Below, one piece after another: positions 50,548 to 63,812 of a DNA stretch of 64,000 nucleotides. The stretch comes from Octopus vulgaris (Eukaryota): NCBI GenBank assembly GCA_951406725.2, contig OX597814.1, positions 199,392,001 through 199,456,000 on the forward strand, read 5' to 3'. The notes under the pieces are model-generated. The model was not told the origin of the DNA, did not search any database, and saw nothing but the letters and a program-made list of their open reading frames with translations. The stretch's first letter is position 1. Each line of letters opens with the position of its first letter. Made by a program: the position numbers and the translations under genes.

Positions 50548-50754
50548 CTTTAAAAACTTAATTCAAAACTTTTAAACTGACATATACATTATATTTTTAT
50601 ACTTATATATATATTTACATATATTTATAAATATATTTATATTTTTAATACAACAATTATTTTACACACGTATATATCTTTCTGAAGAATTTTCTAATAT
50701 TGATTTCCTGATGATAATGATAATATATTGCACAATATATAATAACATTTAAAG

Positions 50755-50902
50755 CAAAGAGCTGTCAGAATCTTTACGCTCAGAATTCAAATACTGCCTG
50801 GATCGACTCCACCTAAAATAAGTACTGTTGAACACTGGGTTCGATGCAATTGACTTGCCTATTCCTCCAATCTTAAGGCCTTGAGCCCAAAGTAGAAAGA
50901 AT
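50755..50902 (+). mobile_element. Decayed SINE family B
   Basis: Deleted and diverged B head and tail. Confidence 0.6.
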
Positions 50903-51254
50903 TATTATAACTAATCCGCTCTATTGCAAGCTTTGGGGTCAATTCTCTAGTCAGGAGCAATTTGATCTTGATTTACGCTATTTTCTATTGCAGCAATCTT
51001 GAGCTGTAACTTTAACCTCTGTTATACTCAATACTGTCTGTCATCCTCTTTTTAAAGAAAAAAACTTTTCAAAAATAAAAAAAAGCAACGAAAATAATTT
51101 CAATTTTTAATTTCCTACATCATATAGATTTAAAATTGATTGTATTATATAGATTTTAGCCTAAAGAAATGTAGTTTTTCACTTTCATAAAATGTAGTAA
51201 AACTAGGTATGAGCAATATATCAAGAGTGTTAAATGGGACACTGAAGTAATAAT

Positions 51255-51306
51255 ACTCTTTTACTTGTTTCAGTCATTTGACTTATTCTTTGCAAGCCTA
51301 GTACAG

Positions 51307-51388
<82 letters not shown>

Positions 51389-51551
51389 ATACGACGGGCT
51401 TCTTTAAGTTTCCGTCTACCAAATCCACTCACAAGGCTTTGGTCAGCTCGAGGCTGTAGTAAAAGACACTTGCCCAAGGTACCATGCAGTAGGACTGAAC
51501 CCGGAACCATGTGGTTGGTAAGCAATCTACCTACCGCACAGCCACTCCTAC
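51255..51551 (-). mobile_element. SINE family A with internal deletions
   Basis: Family A sequence. Confidence 0.82.
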
Positions 51552-53055
51552 ATATGATAATATGTATTCGGAATAAAATTTACATATCTTCAAAATACAC
51601 TTGTCTTTTTAATAATTAAATAACAGTTTTTAATGAGATGTAATTTCTTCCCGTCATCTATTTTACAATTACATTTAATTTAGATATCACTCTGCTATCA
51701 CTAATTATTGATACCTTGTCAGCAATTTTTAAGTCATGCTTGATAACTTATCTGAAACAATAGCATTCGATTATGCAATTGAAGGGATTACGTGTAAACC
51801 GCATTCTTAAACCCAATCGAAGAAGAAAAAAATAAAAGCAGAGCCAATCCAACTGCTTTATTTTGATGGCTGTCAATGGATTTCGTAGGCAATGATTAGA
51901 TAACAAAACCTAGCGCTGATATTTCTTAATGGCTCTCGTATGTGTTCTTATTCTATTGAAGAATAATAAAGCTAGTTTTATTCTCAGTTACGTTCAGTAC
52001 ATAGACCGTTCGCTAAAGTGTTGAGAATGTATCATAGAATTAACAACAATAGTATGAATGGTCGTGCTTTACGCAGCTGCGGGGGTTAAGGAACTTCATG
52101 AATAGACTATTATTGTGCTTAACATTTATCTTGCTTCACAACTGCGAGCTGTACAAACTGAATAGTTTTGTACATTCCAATGAATCAATACGATACGATA
52201 GATTAAAATAAGTGTTCTGTTTTCTAACCTCTAGAGAGGCACATATATCGATCGGACATTAAGGTAGACACATAGTAACAAGAAAGAATTTGATGGTCAT
52301 TAAGAAAAACGATTTGAAATATGCACGTTTAAATAAGAATGATACAAGATATAGGCCACACTCAATAACCAGCTTTCATAAAGGATTTTTTATCAGATCG
52401 CTTTTGTTTATTTATACTTTAAAGGAAATATATTTTTAGTGAATGATGTCTGAATGGATGAGTTGAGAAATATATAAATGAATTTTTGTACAGTAATTTG
52501 AGAAATTACTTACCAATTAGCCATAAATTAGTTGATTTTAAAATCCATATACTGAAGAAGGAAAATTATTTTGACTTGAAAATAATTTATACTTATCGAA
52601 ATGCACGCACAGATAAATGATCAATCTAACTTAAACAGTGAGTGAAATTTTTGTAGCATATATTCTAAGAACAATCAAAATTTAAATAATTACTTGATCT
52701 ACAGTCATACTTACAGAATTTTTATTGTCAGAATCGCAATATTTCTAGTCTCAACACCACAACTTCTCACTTACAGCGAAACCACATTTTCGAAATGCGA
52801 AACCATATATTTCCTTTTTAAAGATCAGAGTATCGGGGAGGGTAACATTCCATCAAATTTACAACTCTTTATGAATTCTAATGGGTAATTTTACATATTA
52901 TCCTCATCACAAAATTCAATCCTGAAGTGACGTACCTCCGTCAAATACGTTGATAATTTGTTTATAGAATTAACAGCAATGAAAGGGATGTGACAGAGGG
53001 CTAAATGGGAATTTGTATTCCCACTGATACTCTGGACATGATCTCTACCGTATCA

Positions 53056-53253
53056 GGACAATTACCCCCACCCCCACCCAAGACAATTATAACTCCATAG
53101 GACAATTCCCCCGACAACAACTACCTCCTATGATAATTACACCACTTGGTTAATTACCCCCTCTCCAATATATTAAGAACTTTTAAATCATCATCTGTTG
53201 TCCTCAGGGGTAATTTGCCTGGGGGCGGTTATTGTTCATGGGGGTAAATGTCC
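53056..53253. mobile_element. MITE with TIRs and subterminal repeats
   Basis: ggacaattaccccca ... tgggggtaaatgtcc, with repeated (a)attacccc motifs. Confidence 0.65.
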
Positions 53254-53581
53254 TAGATATAAACTCTACGCCTCAACAGTAAATGATGACTATGGCTGCA
53301 GCATCCGCGCTATTTAATGCGCTTGATCTCCCAGTGAGGCACTTGTTAAATTTGCAAGCTGGATCTTTGGATCGCAGGCAAAAGCATTATTTTGCCTGCT
53401 GAAATGTTAGGGCTGACCAGCGGTTATGGTCAGCATTCGTGAGAGATGTGGTGAACTCGTTGGTCGGAGCCGGCTCAACTCACTCCGGTGAATGCCACTG
53501 TAAGTACAAGTGCAAAAGGGAATGTTATAGTACAAGCTAGGAAGTTTTCAGCATTAAATTTAGCAGTTTACATTCATTCAA

Positions 53582-53800
53582 TACAGTGGAGGCCCAGTGG
53601 TTAGGGCAGCGGACTCGCGGTTGTAGGATCGCGGTTTCGATTCCCAGACCGGGCGTTGTGAGTGTTTGAGCGAAAACACCCAAAGCTCCCCGAAGTTCCG
53701 GGGTGGCGTCATTTGAAGGCTAAAAAAAAAAGACAATGCGAAGCGCGCTGTGACCAGCCATGCGTAGCAACATCTGATAGCCTGGTCGGTGACGGTGTCA
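53582..53800 (+). mobile_element. SINE family C head with an alternative tail
   Basis: 12-bp TSD acattcattcaa at 53570-53581 and 53801-53812. Confidence 0.85.
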
Positions 53801-53859
53801 ACATTCATTCAAAACAACCTTAACACCATGTAAAAAAAACTCAACCATGACAGTTTAGT

Positions 53860-54560
53860 TGTTCCCTTCTTTCACGAATACGAAGCAGAAATTCCGCCCT
53901 GTCATGATCCTCTTGATACTATGGTAGCATATCCATGACTAGTTTCGGTTTCATGAATATATTTTGCCAAAATGAAAAATGGATTATAACTACACTCGAG
54001 GCAGCAACTCTTTTAAGATAGCTTTCTTTCAGAAATATTTGTAAATCGCCTAGAAACACTGTAATCTTGCCACCAAAAGGTAAAACATTTTACAAAAGAC
54101 TACAAAATACGCTATCAACAGCTTCTATATTCATACATCAGCAGCTGTAGCGCTTCTTTCCAACAAACGAAACCTCGGTTTCACGTGTTTCTAATTATTT
54201 ATGCTAGTTTGCTGTTGACGTCAATACAACAAACAGCATCCCTGTTAACAGAAACTGGAATATGGAAAGTTGAACAAGCTGTAGAACCACCTTTTTATAC
54301 CAATGCAGCTAACCCTACAGATGCAACAGTGAGAACCGATGAACTGGTTGATCTTGATCCAAATATGCTTTCAGAGAAGAAATATTCGGCATCTTCATTG
54401 CGATGATTGTTGCAAGGACCGTAAAATTTACTATTCGAAATAGTTTGCCACAGTTTTGTTTCGTTCCGTAGAAATTCTGCAGAAAGGAACATATTTATTA
54501 CATGCATATACCACAGTGACTTGTCTACAGTTATTTCGATCTCTTCCTGGTGGAGTAGCA
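53860..54560 (-). pseudogene. Helitron PIF1-like helicase relic
   Basis: LTVASVGLAALV*KGGSTACSTFHIP (resembling AVASSGIAATLLPGGRTAHSRFKIP), IEAVDS, LPFGGKITVFLGDLQI and AEFLLRI. Many stops and frameshifts; possibly continues at about 53290-53560. Confidence 0.8.
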
Positions 54561-55167
54561 ATTTCGGAAGTAGTAGTAGCAGCAGCAGCAACCGTTCAAG
54601 AATTTGGACCTAGAGATCTCCATTTCCAGCGACTTCGAGGGCCACCTCTCAGTGGTGTCGGGTGTCAACGAAGAGCCCTTGACTACAACAAGACGACCAA
54701 AGCTTTTTTTTTCAAGGTCTGGGGTCTCCCGCCCCTAAGTCCTAGACCATCACCTAATCACCCTTACCCGTATGGTTGATTAACAACAACAGCAGCAGCA
54801 GCAGCGGCAACAGCAATAGTGGGAAAAGAGGAGGAGAAAAGGAGTAACAGATGAGGGAGATTATTTTTCGTAGACGTGGACCAGTTAAAGTGATATATGG
54901 CATATCTTTGCAACAATTGCTGAAAGGATATGTGGTACGTTGGTCACTATACTCATAAAACAAGCTCTGCGGTATTACCAACGCCTGTCATTCAAATGTG
55001 ACATAAAGTGCATTTGATTGCCAATTTGAGAATTTATATCATTGATGTAAATATTTAGTAAAGGATGTTGTTTGATCAAGAGCTGGTGAACCATTAATAC
55101 TTTGAACTCACCATGTGTGTCCAATATATTTGCTTTAGATTCACTGGGGAGCATTATGTGGTCATAC

Positions 55168-55399
55168 CTATTTCTTTACTGCCCACACGGGGCTAAACGC
55201 AGAGGGGACAAACAAGGACAGCCAAACAGATTAAGTCGATTATATCGACCCCAGTGCGTAACTGGTACTTAATTTATCGACCCCGAAAGGATGAAAGGCA
55301 AAGTCGACCTCGGCGGAATTTGAACTCAGAACGTAGCGGCAGACGAAATACGGCTACGCATTTCGCCCGGCGTGCTAACGTTTCTGCCAGCTCGCCACC
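55168..55399 (-). mobile_element. SINE family B
   Basis: Full unit. Confidence 0.9.
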
Positions 55400-55614
55400 T
55401 TAAAGACACATACCATAAAACGCACTCCACCGTCTTTGAGAACGACACATTCAATTATATGGTCCTAAGTTCGTCGTTGGAAAAACTGAATGGTCACGGT
55501 AGGAAGGCTTTTGATCATGTCTGTTCGTCCAAGACTAACTGAGGAATAAAACAAGTTTGACAATAACGACCGCCTCTGTTTGAAATCACGCCTCGATCAT
55601 AGATTGTTTTACCT

Positions 55615-55988
55615 TTCACTTGTTTCAATCATTAGACTGCGGCCATGCTGGGGCACCGCCTTCAAAAGATTTTTAGTCGAATGAATCGACACCAGTACTC
55701 ATTTTCTTTCTTTAATCTACTAGTCTTATTTGCCGAACTGCTAATTTACAGGGACATACACAAACCAATACCGGCTGTCAAGCTGTGGGCAGGGGACGAA
55801 CACAGATACAAAAAGACCCCACCCCACACACACACACACACGACAGACGTCCTTTAGTTTCCGTCTACAAGATCCACTCATAAGGCTTTGGTTGGCCCGG
55901 GGCTAACTTGCCAAAGGTGTCTCGCAGTGGGACTGAACCCGGAACAATGTGGCTTGGAAGCAAACTCATTACCACTCCTTCACGCTTG
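55615..55988 (-). mobile_element. Diverged SINE family A
   Basis: Older family A variant. Confidence 0.78.
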
Positions 55989-56431
55989 CTCTAGATGCAC
56001 CAGTTCTGACCAGACTTAATGGTGTGTTGTAACAGCTTTCAGAGATGTTATTTCGTTTCATTTATATTTGTATAATTGTAATTCTATGAAAAACATTGAA
56101 GAACATAACTTTAAACTGATATTCACAAATATCATAGACACAATTGCCCCTGGGTTGATTTAATGATAATGACGATGGTGACGGTGAAGAGGATAACGTT
56201 GTGTGAGTTCATAGATTACGCAAAAAGACCAACGAAAACAAACTTTGCATATATACAAATAGAATAATTCTTTTAAGTGAATTCGAACAATCCTCTTCTG
56301 CTTTCCTTTAAAGGTAGAATAAACACCTCTATTCCCAGAAAACCTCTATGCTATCCAAACAACGGATGAAAAGCAAATGTTAACATAAAAATTATTTGAA
56401 GAACGAGTGATACAATATATCATTTGAGTAA

Positions 56432-57022
56432 GGCGGTGAGCTGGCAGAAATGTTAGCACGCCGGGCGAAATGCTTAGCGGTATTTCGTCTGCTGCTACGT
56501 TCTGAGTTCAAATTCCGCCAAGGTTGACTTTGCCTTTCATCCTTTTGGGGTCGATAAATTAAGTATCAGTTACGCACTGGGGTCGATGTAATCGATTTAA
56601 TACCTATGTCTGTTCTTGTTTGTCCCCTCTGTGTTTAGCCCCTTGTGGTTAATAAAGAAATAGGTATTTCGTCTGCCGCTACGTTCTGAGTTCAAATTCC
56701 ACCGAGGTCGACTTTGCTTTTCATCCTTTCGGGGTCGATAAATTAAGTACCAGTTACGCACTGGGGGTCAATGTAATCGACTTAATCTGTTTGGCTGTCC
56801 TTGTTTGTCTTCTCACTGTGTAGTCCCTTGTGGGCAGTAACGAAATAAGAAACGTTAGCACGCCGGGCGAAATGCTTAGCGCTAATTCGTCTGTCTTTAC
56901 GTTCTGAGTTCAAATTCCGCCGAGGTTGACTTTACCTTTCATCCTTTCGGGTTCGATAAATTAATTTCCAGTTGGCCCGTTTCCCCAAAATTTCGGGCCT
57001 TGTACCTAAAGTAGAAAAGAAT
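56432..57022 (+). mobile_element. SINE family B trimer
   Basis: Three units bounded by a single direct repeat tcatttgagt at 56420-56429 and 57026-57035. Confidence 0.87.
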
Positions 57023-57482
57023 ATGTCATTTGAGTTCTAGATATCTCTAAAACTACACCGTCGTTTCATTACCAAATTTCTAAGATGAAATTATTTTGGA
57101 AGGTCACGATCAGAGCATGATAGGCACAGCCGATGCTATCGTAATTGCAAGTCCAAATCTTTGGAAGTAACAGTCAGCAAAGCTACTGCTAAGTTCATAT
57201 GTTGTAAACATTTGTATGAGTGTGTGTATGTGTGTTCGGTACATGGTGCCTGCTGTCACCGGATATGCTACAATGCTGAAATTATTACACTGGCTAAAAT
57301 GTTTATAGATATGCAAACCTTGCGCTACTCTATGCATAAATATGATTTTAAACTGTCTTCATACGTTTCCGGTTTCGTATTATCAGTGTGTAAACTAGTT
57401 ACAAAATTATGTCACGATACTGAACCAACACAATTATTATAAAGAAAAGTTATTGATGAGTGTGAAGGGCTAACCTTCATCA

Positions 57483-57539
<57 letters not shown>

Positions 57540-57540
57540 C
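57483..57540. repeat. (TATC)n microsatellite
   Basis: About 14 perfect units. Confidence 0.95.
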
Positions 57541-57639
57541 TTTCTTGCTCTCTTTCTCTGTACGCATTTTTATACATAGATACATGTCATTCATATTAAG
57601 GAAGTCTGAAGGATAACTCACTGGTTCACAAGGAAACAG

Positions 57640-58400
57640 AAATAACAAAATTACATACTGTTTCTTTATGGTTGACTTGAAACTTTATGCAAAGCATATG
57701 CATGAGATGAAAAAGAGCCTTGACCCAGTTACAACGTTCTCAAAGGATGTAGGGTTGGAGTTTGCTTAGAATAAATGTTGTTATATGGTTGTGAAAAGGA
57801 GTTGAAAACTGTAAAGCAGACTAGCAACATAGCCATCAATGATTTAACTGTTTTCCCTGAATCTGATGAGGAATGTTGCAGATATCTAGGGGTGGATGAA
57901 AACTTATCTTACAATGGCACCTGTAACAAAACAGGTGACACTAAAGAATATCACAGTTGAATAAAGAAAATTGAGATTTCAGAACTCTCTGCATTCAATA
58001 AATCAGTGACCCACAATGTGTTTGCAGTGCCAGTACTCATACCAGCATTTGGACTGCTTGATTAGATGCTTGATGAGATCTGAGCCATTGATATGAAAAT
58101 GTGAAAAATACTAACAATCACACATAATTTGCACATAAACAGTGACGTGGACCGCCTTTACCTAAAAGGAAAACAAGGCGGCAGAGGCTTAACATCGATC
58201 CAAAATGCCTTTAAATGTCGTATCATACCCCTTCGGCAACATCTTTTAACCACCAAGTGTCCGAGTGTATCCCTTGACCAAGTTTGCATACATGAGGCTG
58301 ATAACTTCGTAAGACTTAGAAAGCAGCTCTTTGAGCGACATTGCTTGTCTGATAACCTTAAATTCATACCCAAAGAAGTCGCACAACTATACTGCAACGT
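57640..58400 (+). mobile_element. R4/Dong-like reverse transcriptase relic
   Basis: FFMVDLKLYAK...FSKDVGLEF..NKC, RYLGVDE, SELSAFNK..NVFAVPVL, SDVDRLYLKGKQGGRGL. Confidence 0.85.
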
Positions 58401-58435
58401 GTATATATATATATATAGATAGATAGATAGATAGA

Positions 58436-58878
58436 TAAAGACGAAACATTGTTTATAGAACAAACACTAAATTCGTGTCAACGACTTATATATAACACCA
58501 TACCTGAAACATTTAATCATATATAAATATCACCATGGTTGTCAAATATATAAAAAAAAATATACATGTACATAAAAATATAGAAGTTAAAAATATATAT
58601 ACGAATAAAAAACAAATAGAACGGCCTATCAAAAAGTAAATATATATACGACTAAACATTCATAAAAGTTCTAAAGTGTGCCATACTAACATAAAACTAA
58701 GAAACTAAGATAAAATATCAAACGACAAAAAATCTTTTATGAAACGATTAAGATATTTTAAAATTTTAAGGACGTTGGTGATGTTTATATATGATTAAAT
58801 ATTTGCCGTATGGAAATATATATAAAGTCGTTGACTCGAATTTGATGTTTGTTCTATAACCAATGTTTATTTATCTTT
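58436..58878. repeat. Inverted-repeat-flanked AT-rich insert
   Basis: Arms about 58445-58495 and 58818-58870 (aaacattgtttatagaacaaaca..aaattcg.gtcaacgactt). Confidence 0.75.
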
Positions 58879-58959
58879 GTCTTATTTACATTTGAGCACT
58901 TCTTTCTGCAGTCCTATATGAATGTTTGTTTACATAAAAAGAGACAAATATTATTTCCT

Positions 58960-59013
58960 GTATATGCATATATATATAAATATATATGTATATGCATATA
59001 TATATAAATATAT

Positions 59014-59047
<34 letters not shown>

Positions 59048-59458
59048 ATGTGCATATATATATGTATATGTATGTATATATGTATATATATATATACATG
59101 TGTATACACATATTTATATATATATGTATAAATACATATATATATATGTATAAATACATATTTATATATGTATAAATACATATTTATATATGTATAAATA
59201 CAAATTTATATATGGGTCTATACATATTTATGTATATGTATATGTATTTATGTATATATATGTATGTATGTATATATATGTATATGTGTGTATATGTATG
59301 TATGTGTGTATATGTATGTATATATGTGTGTGTATGTATGTATATATGTGTGTGTATGTATGTATATATGTGTGTATATGTATGTCTATATGTGTGTATA
59401 TGTATGTCTATATGTGTGTATATATATGTATATATATATGTGTGTATGTATATGTATG

Positions 59459-59489
<31 letters not shown>

Positions 59490-59545
59490 GTGTGTGTGTA
59501 TATATGTATATATGTATGTGTATATATATATATATATATACACAC
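58960..59545. repeat. Compound TA/TG/TATG microsatellite
   Basis: About 590 bp of low-complexity sequence. Confidence 0.95.
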
Positions 59546-59561
59546 ATTAAACTTCTATGAA

Positions 59562-59990
59562 GGCGGCGATCTGGCAGAAACTTTAGCACGGACAAAATGC
59601 TTTTACGTTCTGAGATCAAATTCCACCGTCGTCGAGTTTGCCTTACAACATTTCGGGATCGATAAATTAAGTACCAGTTGCGTACTGGAGTCGACCTGAT
59701 CGACTAGCCCCATCCCCGCCCCAAATTTCGGGCCTCGTTCCTAGAGTAGAAAAGCATATTGGATTTCTGTGAAGGTAGCCAGCTGGCAGAAATTTTAGCA
59801 CGCCAAGGCGAAACGCTTAGCAGTATTTCGTCTGTCTTTACATTTTGAGTTCAAATTTCGCCGAGATCGACTTTGCCTTTCATCCTTTTTAAGGACGATA
59901 AATTAAGTACGAGTTGCGTACTGGTTTCGATCTAATCGACTGGCCGCCTCCCTAAAAATTTCGGGCCTTGTGCCATGAGAAGAAAAGAAC
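59562..59990 (+). mobile_element. Two tandem SINE family B copies
   Basis: Each is followed by attggatttct. Confidence 0.82.
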
Positions 59991-60747
59991 ATTGGATTTC
60001 TATCAGTCTATTTTGTATGCTTTAAGGCTTGTCGCAAAGAAGTTTGTTATCTTGATGACTTATATTCCTGATGCATGATCCGGATGTTTGCATTTCTACT
60101 GTGTTCTGTCCTATTTCTATTTGAGTTTCTTGGCGGGTATCTTTGTACTGCATCGACATTTTTATGTGTGTCATGAGTACTGCGAAAAAAGATCCCATTA
60201 CTCACATTTTCTGAAAATTCTTCTTAGAAAAAACAGCTGGAGAGAGAATATCCGCTTCTTAAAAGCGCTTGATTTTATTTGATTGGTTTATAAAAGGAAC
60301 CAAGAAGAAAAAAAACACAACAGCCATTACTACACACATGTTACTTCTCGTAAAGCTTAGTAACAAGTAACAAGGTTGGACGAAGATGAATTTATCCTTG
60401 AGTGTTGTATAAGAGAAGAGGAGAAAATTCTGGCATATCATAATGAAATAAATAAAGGCATTAATTAAGTGATGTAATTTTTATATTCAGATAGAAGCTA
60501 GGATAGTTCCCAACGGATGAATAGGTTGGTAATGAAAAGACAGACTACAATGAAGATTTATTACGAATGTATTAGTTCTTCAGCATCGAATAAACGAAAG
60601 AATATCTTAAGATTAAGTTGGAGAAATGGAAAGGAAAGCTAATGGAATCAGCAGAATGATGACAGATACTTTATTGTTCACCGCTAAAGTTCTTTTAAGC
60701 AATGTGTTGGAAGGATGATAAACTAGTGTAAATTATCTTATAGTAGA

Positions 60748-61065
60748 AGCAAGCATGGTTGTGTGGTAAGAAGCTTGCTTCCCAACCACATGGTTCCGGG
60801 TTCAGCCCCAGTGCGTGGCACGTTGGACAAGTGTCTTCTACTATAGCCTCAGCCCAACCAAAGATTTGTTAGTAGATTTGGTCGACGAAAACTGAAAGAA
60901 GCCTGTCGTATGTATATATGTATGTATGTCATTGCGTATGTCTTTGTCCATCTTCCACCGCTCGAGAACACGTGCTTGTGCGATTGCGTCTCCGTAACCT
61001 AGCAGTTGGGTAAAAGAGACTGATAGAATAAGTACCAGGCTTTAAAAAATGAGTACTAGAGTCCA
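60748..61065 (+). mobile_element. Diverged SINE family A
   Basis: Head and body, tail truncated. Confidence 0.8.
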
Positions 61066-62499
61066 TTATATATATATTATAATGTTCACACATACACACA
61101 CTCACTCACGCACACGTATATATACAATTAATGTCGAATGTGCATGTCTGTAATCTTGCATGAGTATATGTCCTTATATAAACTCCTGCATGGTGTATGC
61201 TAAAGAAAATCTAAAGCCAAATGCAAAATCAACTGAAAGAATACAGAAAAACGAAAACCTCTTCGTCCAGTGAGGTCCCATAAAACTGTTCTCATTCCCC
61301 AACCCCTTAAAATTTGCTTGTAATTATTCAAGATATCATGTGAAATTTCATATGCCAGTTAATATTTTTTTTAATCATAATTCAATAATTTTTATTAGCC
61401 TTGTAGTTGCTCTTCTTACATGGAACACAGAATTTTCAGTTGAAGCTGAAATGTTTTACCTAGGGGTTCAAATAATTTTTTTTTTTTTTTGAAGTATCTG
61501 AAAATTTGTTACAGGGTTGAAAATCTTTTTATTTTTATATAAAGACAAATTTCAACGAAGATCAGAAATCTTTTAGGAGACATAAAAATATTTTATGAGG
61601 ATTAAAAAAAAATGTTTATAGGAACCGGAAGAATTTTAATTTAAATCTTAAATTTGTATAAAGAAATAATATATTGATGTTTATAGTGGGAATAAAATTA
61701 TTGACAGGTTTGAACGTAAAGTTTTTATACTAATTTTATGCAGAAGTTTTACTGTTTTTATAAAGTTAAGTATTCAGTTTAAATCATGTGAGACACTTTT
61801 GCATTATTTTTCTTGCGTAAATGTTTCTTTTATTTTTGTTGCATTATTTACATTATTCCTTTGTAAAAACTTATGTAATATATGTTAATTCGGTCTGAGT
61901 AAAGTTTGATTTAATTTTAAACCCACAAAATGACTGGTAATCAATCATGTTAAATAATTAAAAGATTTCAGATGCTGTCTTCTTCAATAATATAAAACAG
62001 TCACGTGTGTATATCTATAATCATACGCATGCGTCCGCTCAAAAACTCGACATTTGGTCACCACAACCCATAATTAGAATTTGAAAATCAGACAAAGCTT
62101 TTTAATTTTTTTATTCTGTTTTCAACCATAGCTCCAAGAGAGGAAAGCTTGTGGACTTGGAAACTTCCAATACACTTTCAAAGAAAAAAGTCAAAAAGAG
62201 CCAGTAAAGCAGAACAGAGCAGAGAGAGGCTTGATGCTAAAATTGAAAGTGACCGAAATCGTAGAGCAAGCCAATCTGAAGAACTGCGGAGAGACAGCGA
62301 GCATACCGCAAACAAAGCTGACTGAAATTGAAGAAGAAGCAAATATAGTTGGAATCTGTGAAACTAGTTATAAATGGCCTAAATGACACTGACAACGGAG
62401 TCAAAAGCAGCGTGAGTCTGAGAGCCGTATCCCTTAATACACGAAGGTTTATGGAGCTCGCTAAACATGGAAATAAAAGGGTAAATTTAACGAGTAATA

Positions 62500-62716
62500 T
62501 ATTGCCCACAAACATAGAGAAGACAAACAAGGACAGACAAAGGCATTAAGTCGATTATATCGACACCAGTGTGTAACGGGTTCTTATTTAATCGACCCCG
62601 AAAGGATGAAAGGCAAAGTCGACCTCGGCGGAATTTGAACTCAGAACGTAACGGCAGACGAAATACCGCTAAGCATTTCGCCCGACTTGCTAACAATTGT
62701 GCCAGTTCGTCGCCCT
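62500..62716 (-). mobile_element. SINE family B
   Basis: Full unit with a taacgag.aata direct repeat. Confidence 0.85.
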
Positions 62717-62869
62717 AACGAGGAATACTACTCGATTGAACTCGATCAAGGTAAGACTCAGAAGAAAGGCAGCTAAGGTTGGAAAAGAATATGAAGTGGG
62801 GTTAGACATACGCGGACAGTCTATCCTGAATCTCTATAAACACAACAATTTTGCCAAAACTCTAAATTA

Positions 62870-63080
62870 AATAATAATGAAATTATTGTATACAGTGCTC
62901 AGGTGCACCACAACTTGTCAAAAGTGCGTATAAAGCAGATGCAGTAATGTACAATGCCTGGGAAGTGAACAGTGTATGAGTCAGATACATGTTTGCGTGT
63001 GTATGGAGGGGAGAAGATCAGGTGTAGTGTTGGCGAATCTCAGGAAGCATGGAAGTTTTGAAGGATGCACTGCTCCGACC
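62870..63080 (-). mobile_element. LINE-like 3' UTR with (ATT)n tail
   Basis: Ends ...ggtgcacctgagcactgtatacaataatttcattattatt. No confident ORF. Confidence 0.45.
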
Positions 63081-63420
63081 ATGAAATGCCAGAATACATT
63101 TGCGATGCAAATACCAAAGTGTTGAACAGACGAAAACTGGGAGAATGGAGTGAACTCGAAATGACTTTGTGTTCAAGTGACCTGCAATTGGTTGTATCTA
63201 CACTATTAGTCCACAACAAGGCGGCACATTTGTATGACGTCAGTCGTAGAGTTCAGGTAGTAAGGTGGGGATTCTATAGTAAAAATATCCGGTTTAATTT
63301 ACTAATTAAACACATTTATTCACCATAGCTCAATTTTACTCTTAACTAACCGTATCTGAAAATCAATCAAGTTATTATGTGGGCAAATGACACACACATA
63401 CAAATTATATATATATATAG

Positions 63421-63467
<47 letters not shown>

Positions 63468-63509
63468 TATACATATATACACACATACATACACACACAC
63501 ACATATACA

Positions 63510-63551
<42 letters not shown>

Positions 63552-63552
<1 letters not shown>

Positions 63553-63812
63553 CAGCACTCTGTCGGTTACGACGACGAGGGTCCCAGCTGATACGATCAA
63601 CGGAACAGCTTGCTCGTGAAATTAACGTGCAAGTGGCTGAGCACTGCACAGACACGTGTACCCCTAAAGTAGTTCTCAGGGAGACTCAGCGTGACACACA
63701 GTGAGACAAGGCTGGTCCTTTGAAATACAAGTACTACTCATTTTGGCCAGTTGAGTGGACTGGATCAACGTGAAATAAAATGCCTTACTCAAGGACACAA
63801 CGCGTCGCTGGG
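63552..63812 (-). mobile_element. Hybrid SINE: 49367-type core plus family C 3' half
   Basis: ttcacgttgatccagtccactcaactgg core joined to the C body and tail. Confidence 0.78.

Noticed and set aside
54780-54820. (CAA/CAG)n polyQ-like tract
   Set aside because: Not within a supportable ORF; simple repeat.
56432-57022. CRISPR-like or satellite array
   Set aside because: The units are SINE monomers with no unique spacers, in a eukaryotic context.
58914-59699. Many overlapping ORFs rich in Y/I/V/C/M/H/T (also at 13963-14341, 23101-23583, 47689-48135 and 63320-63704)
   Set aside because: These are translations of TA/TG/CA microsatellites, not genes.
62130-62480. Possible Helitron N-terminal charged region
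   Set aside because: Only compositional resemblance, frameshifted, with no diagnostic motif.
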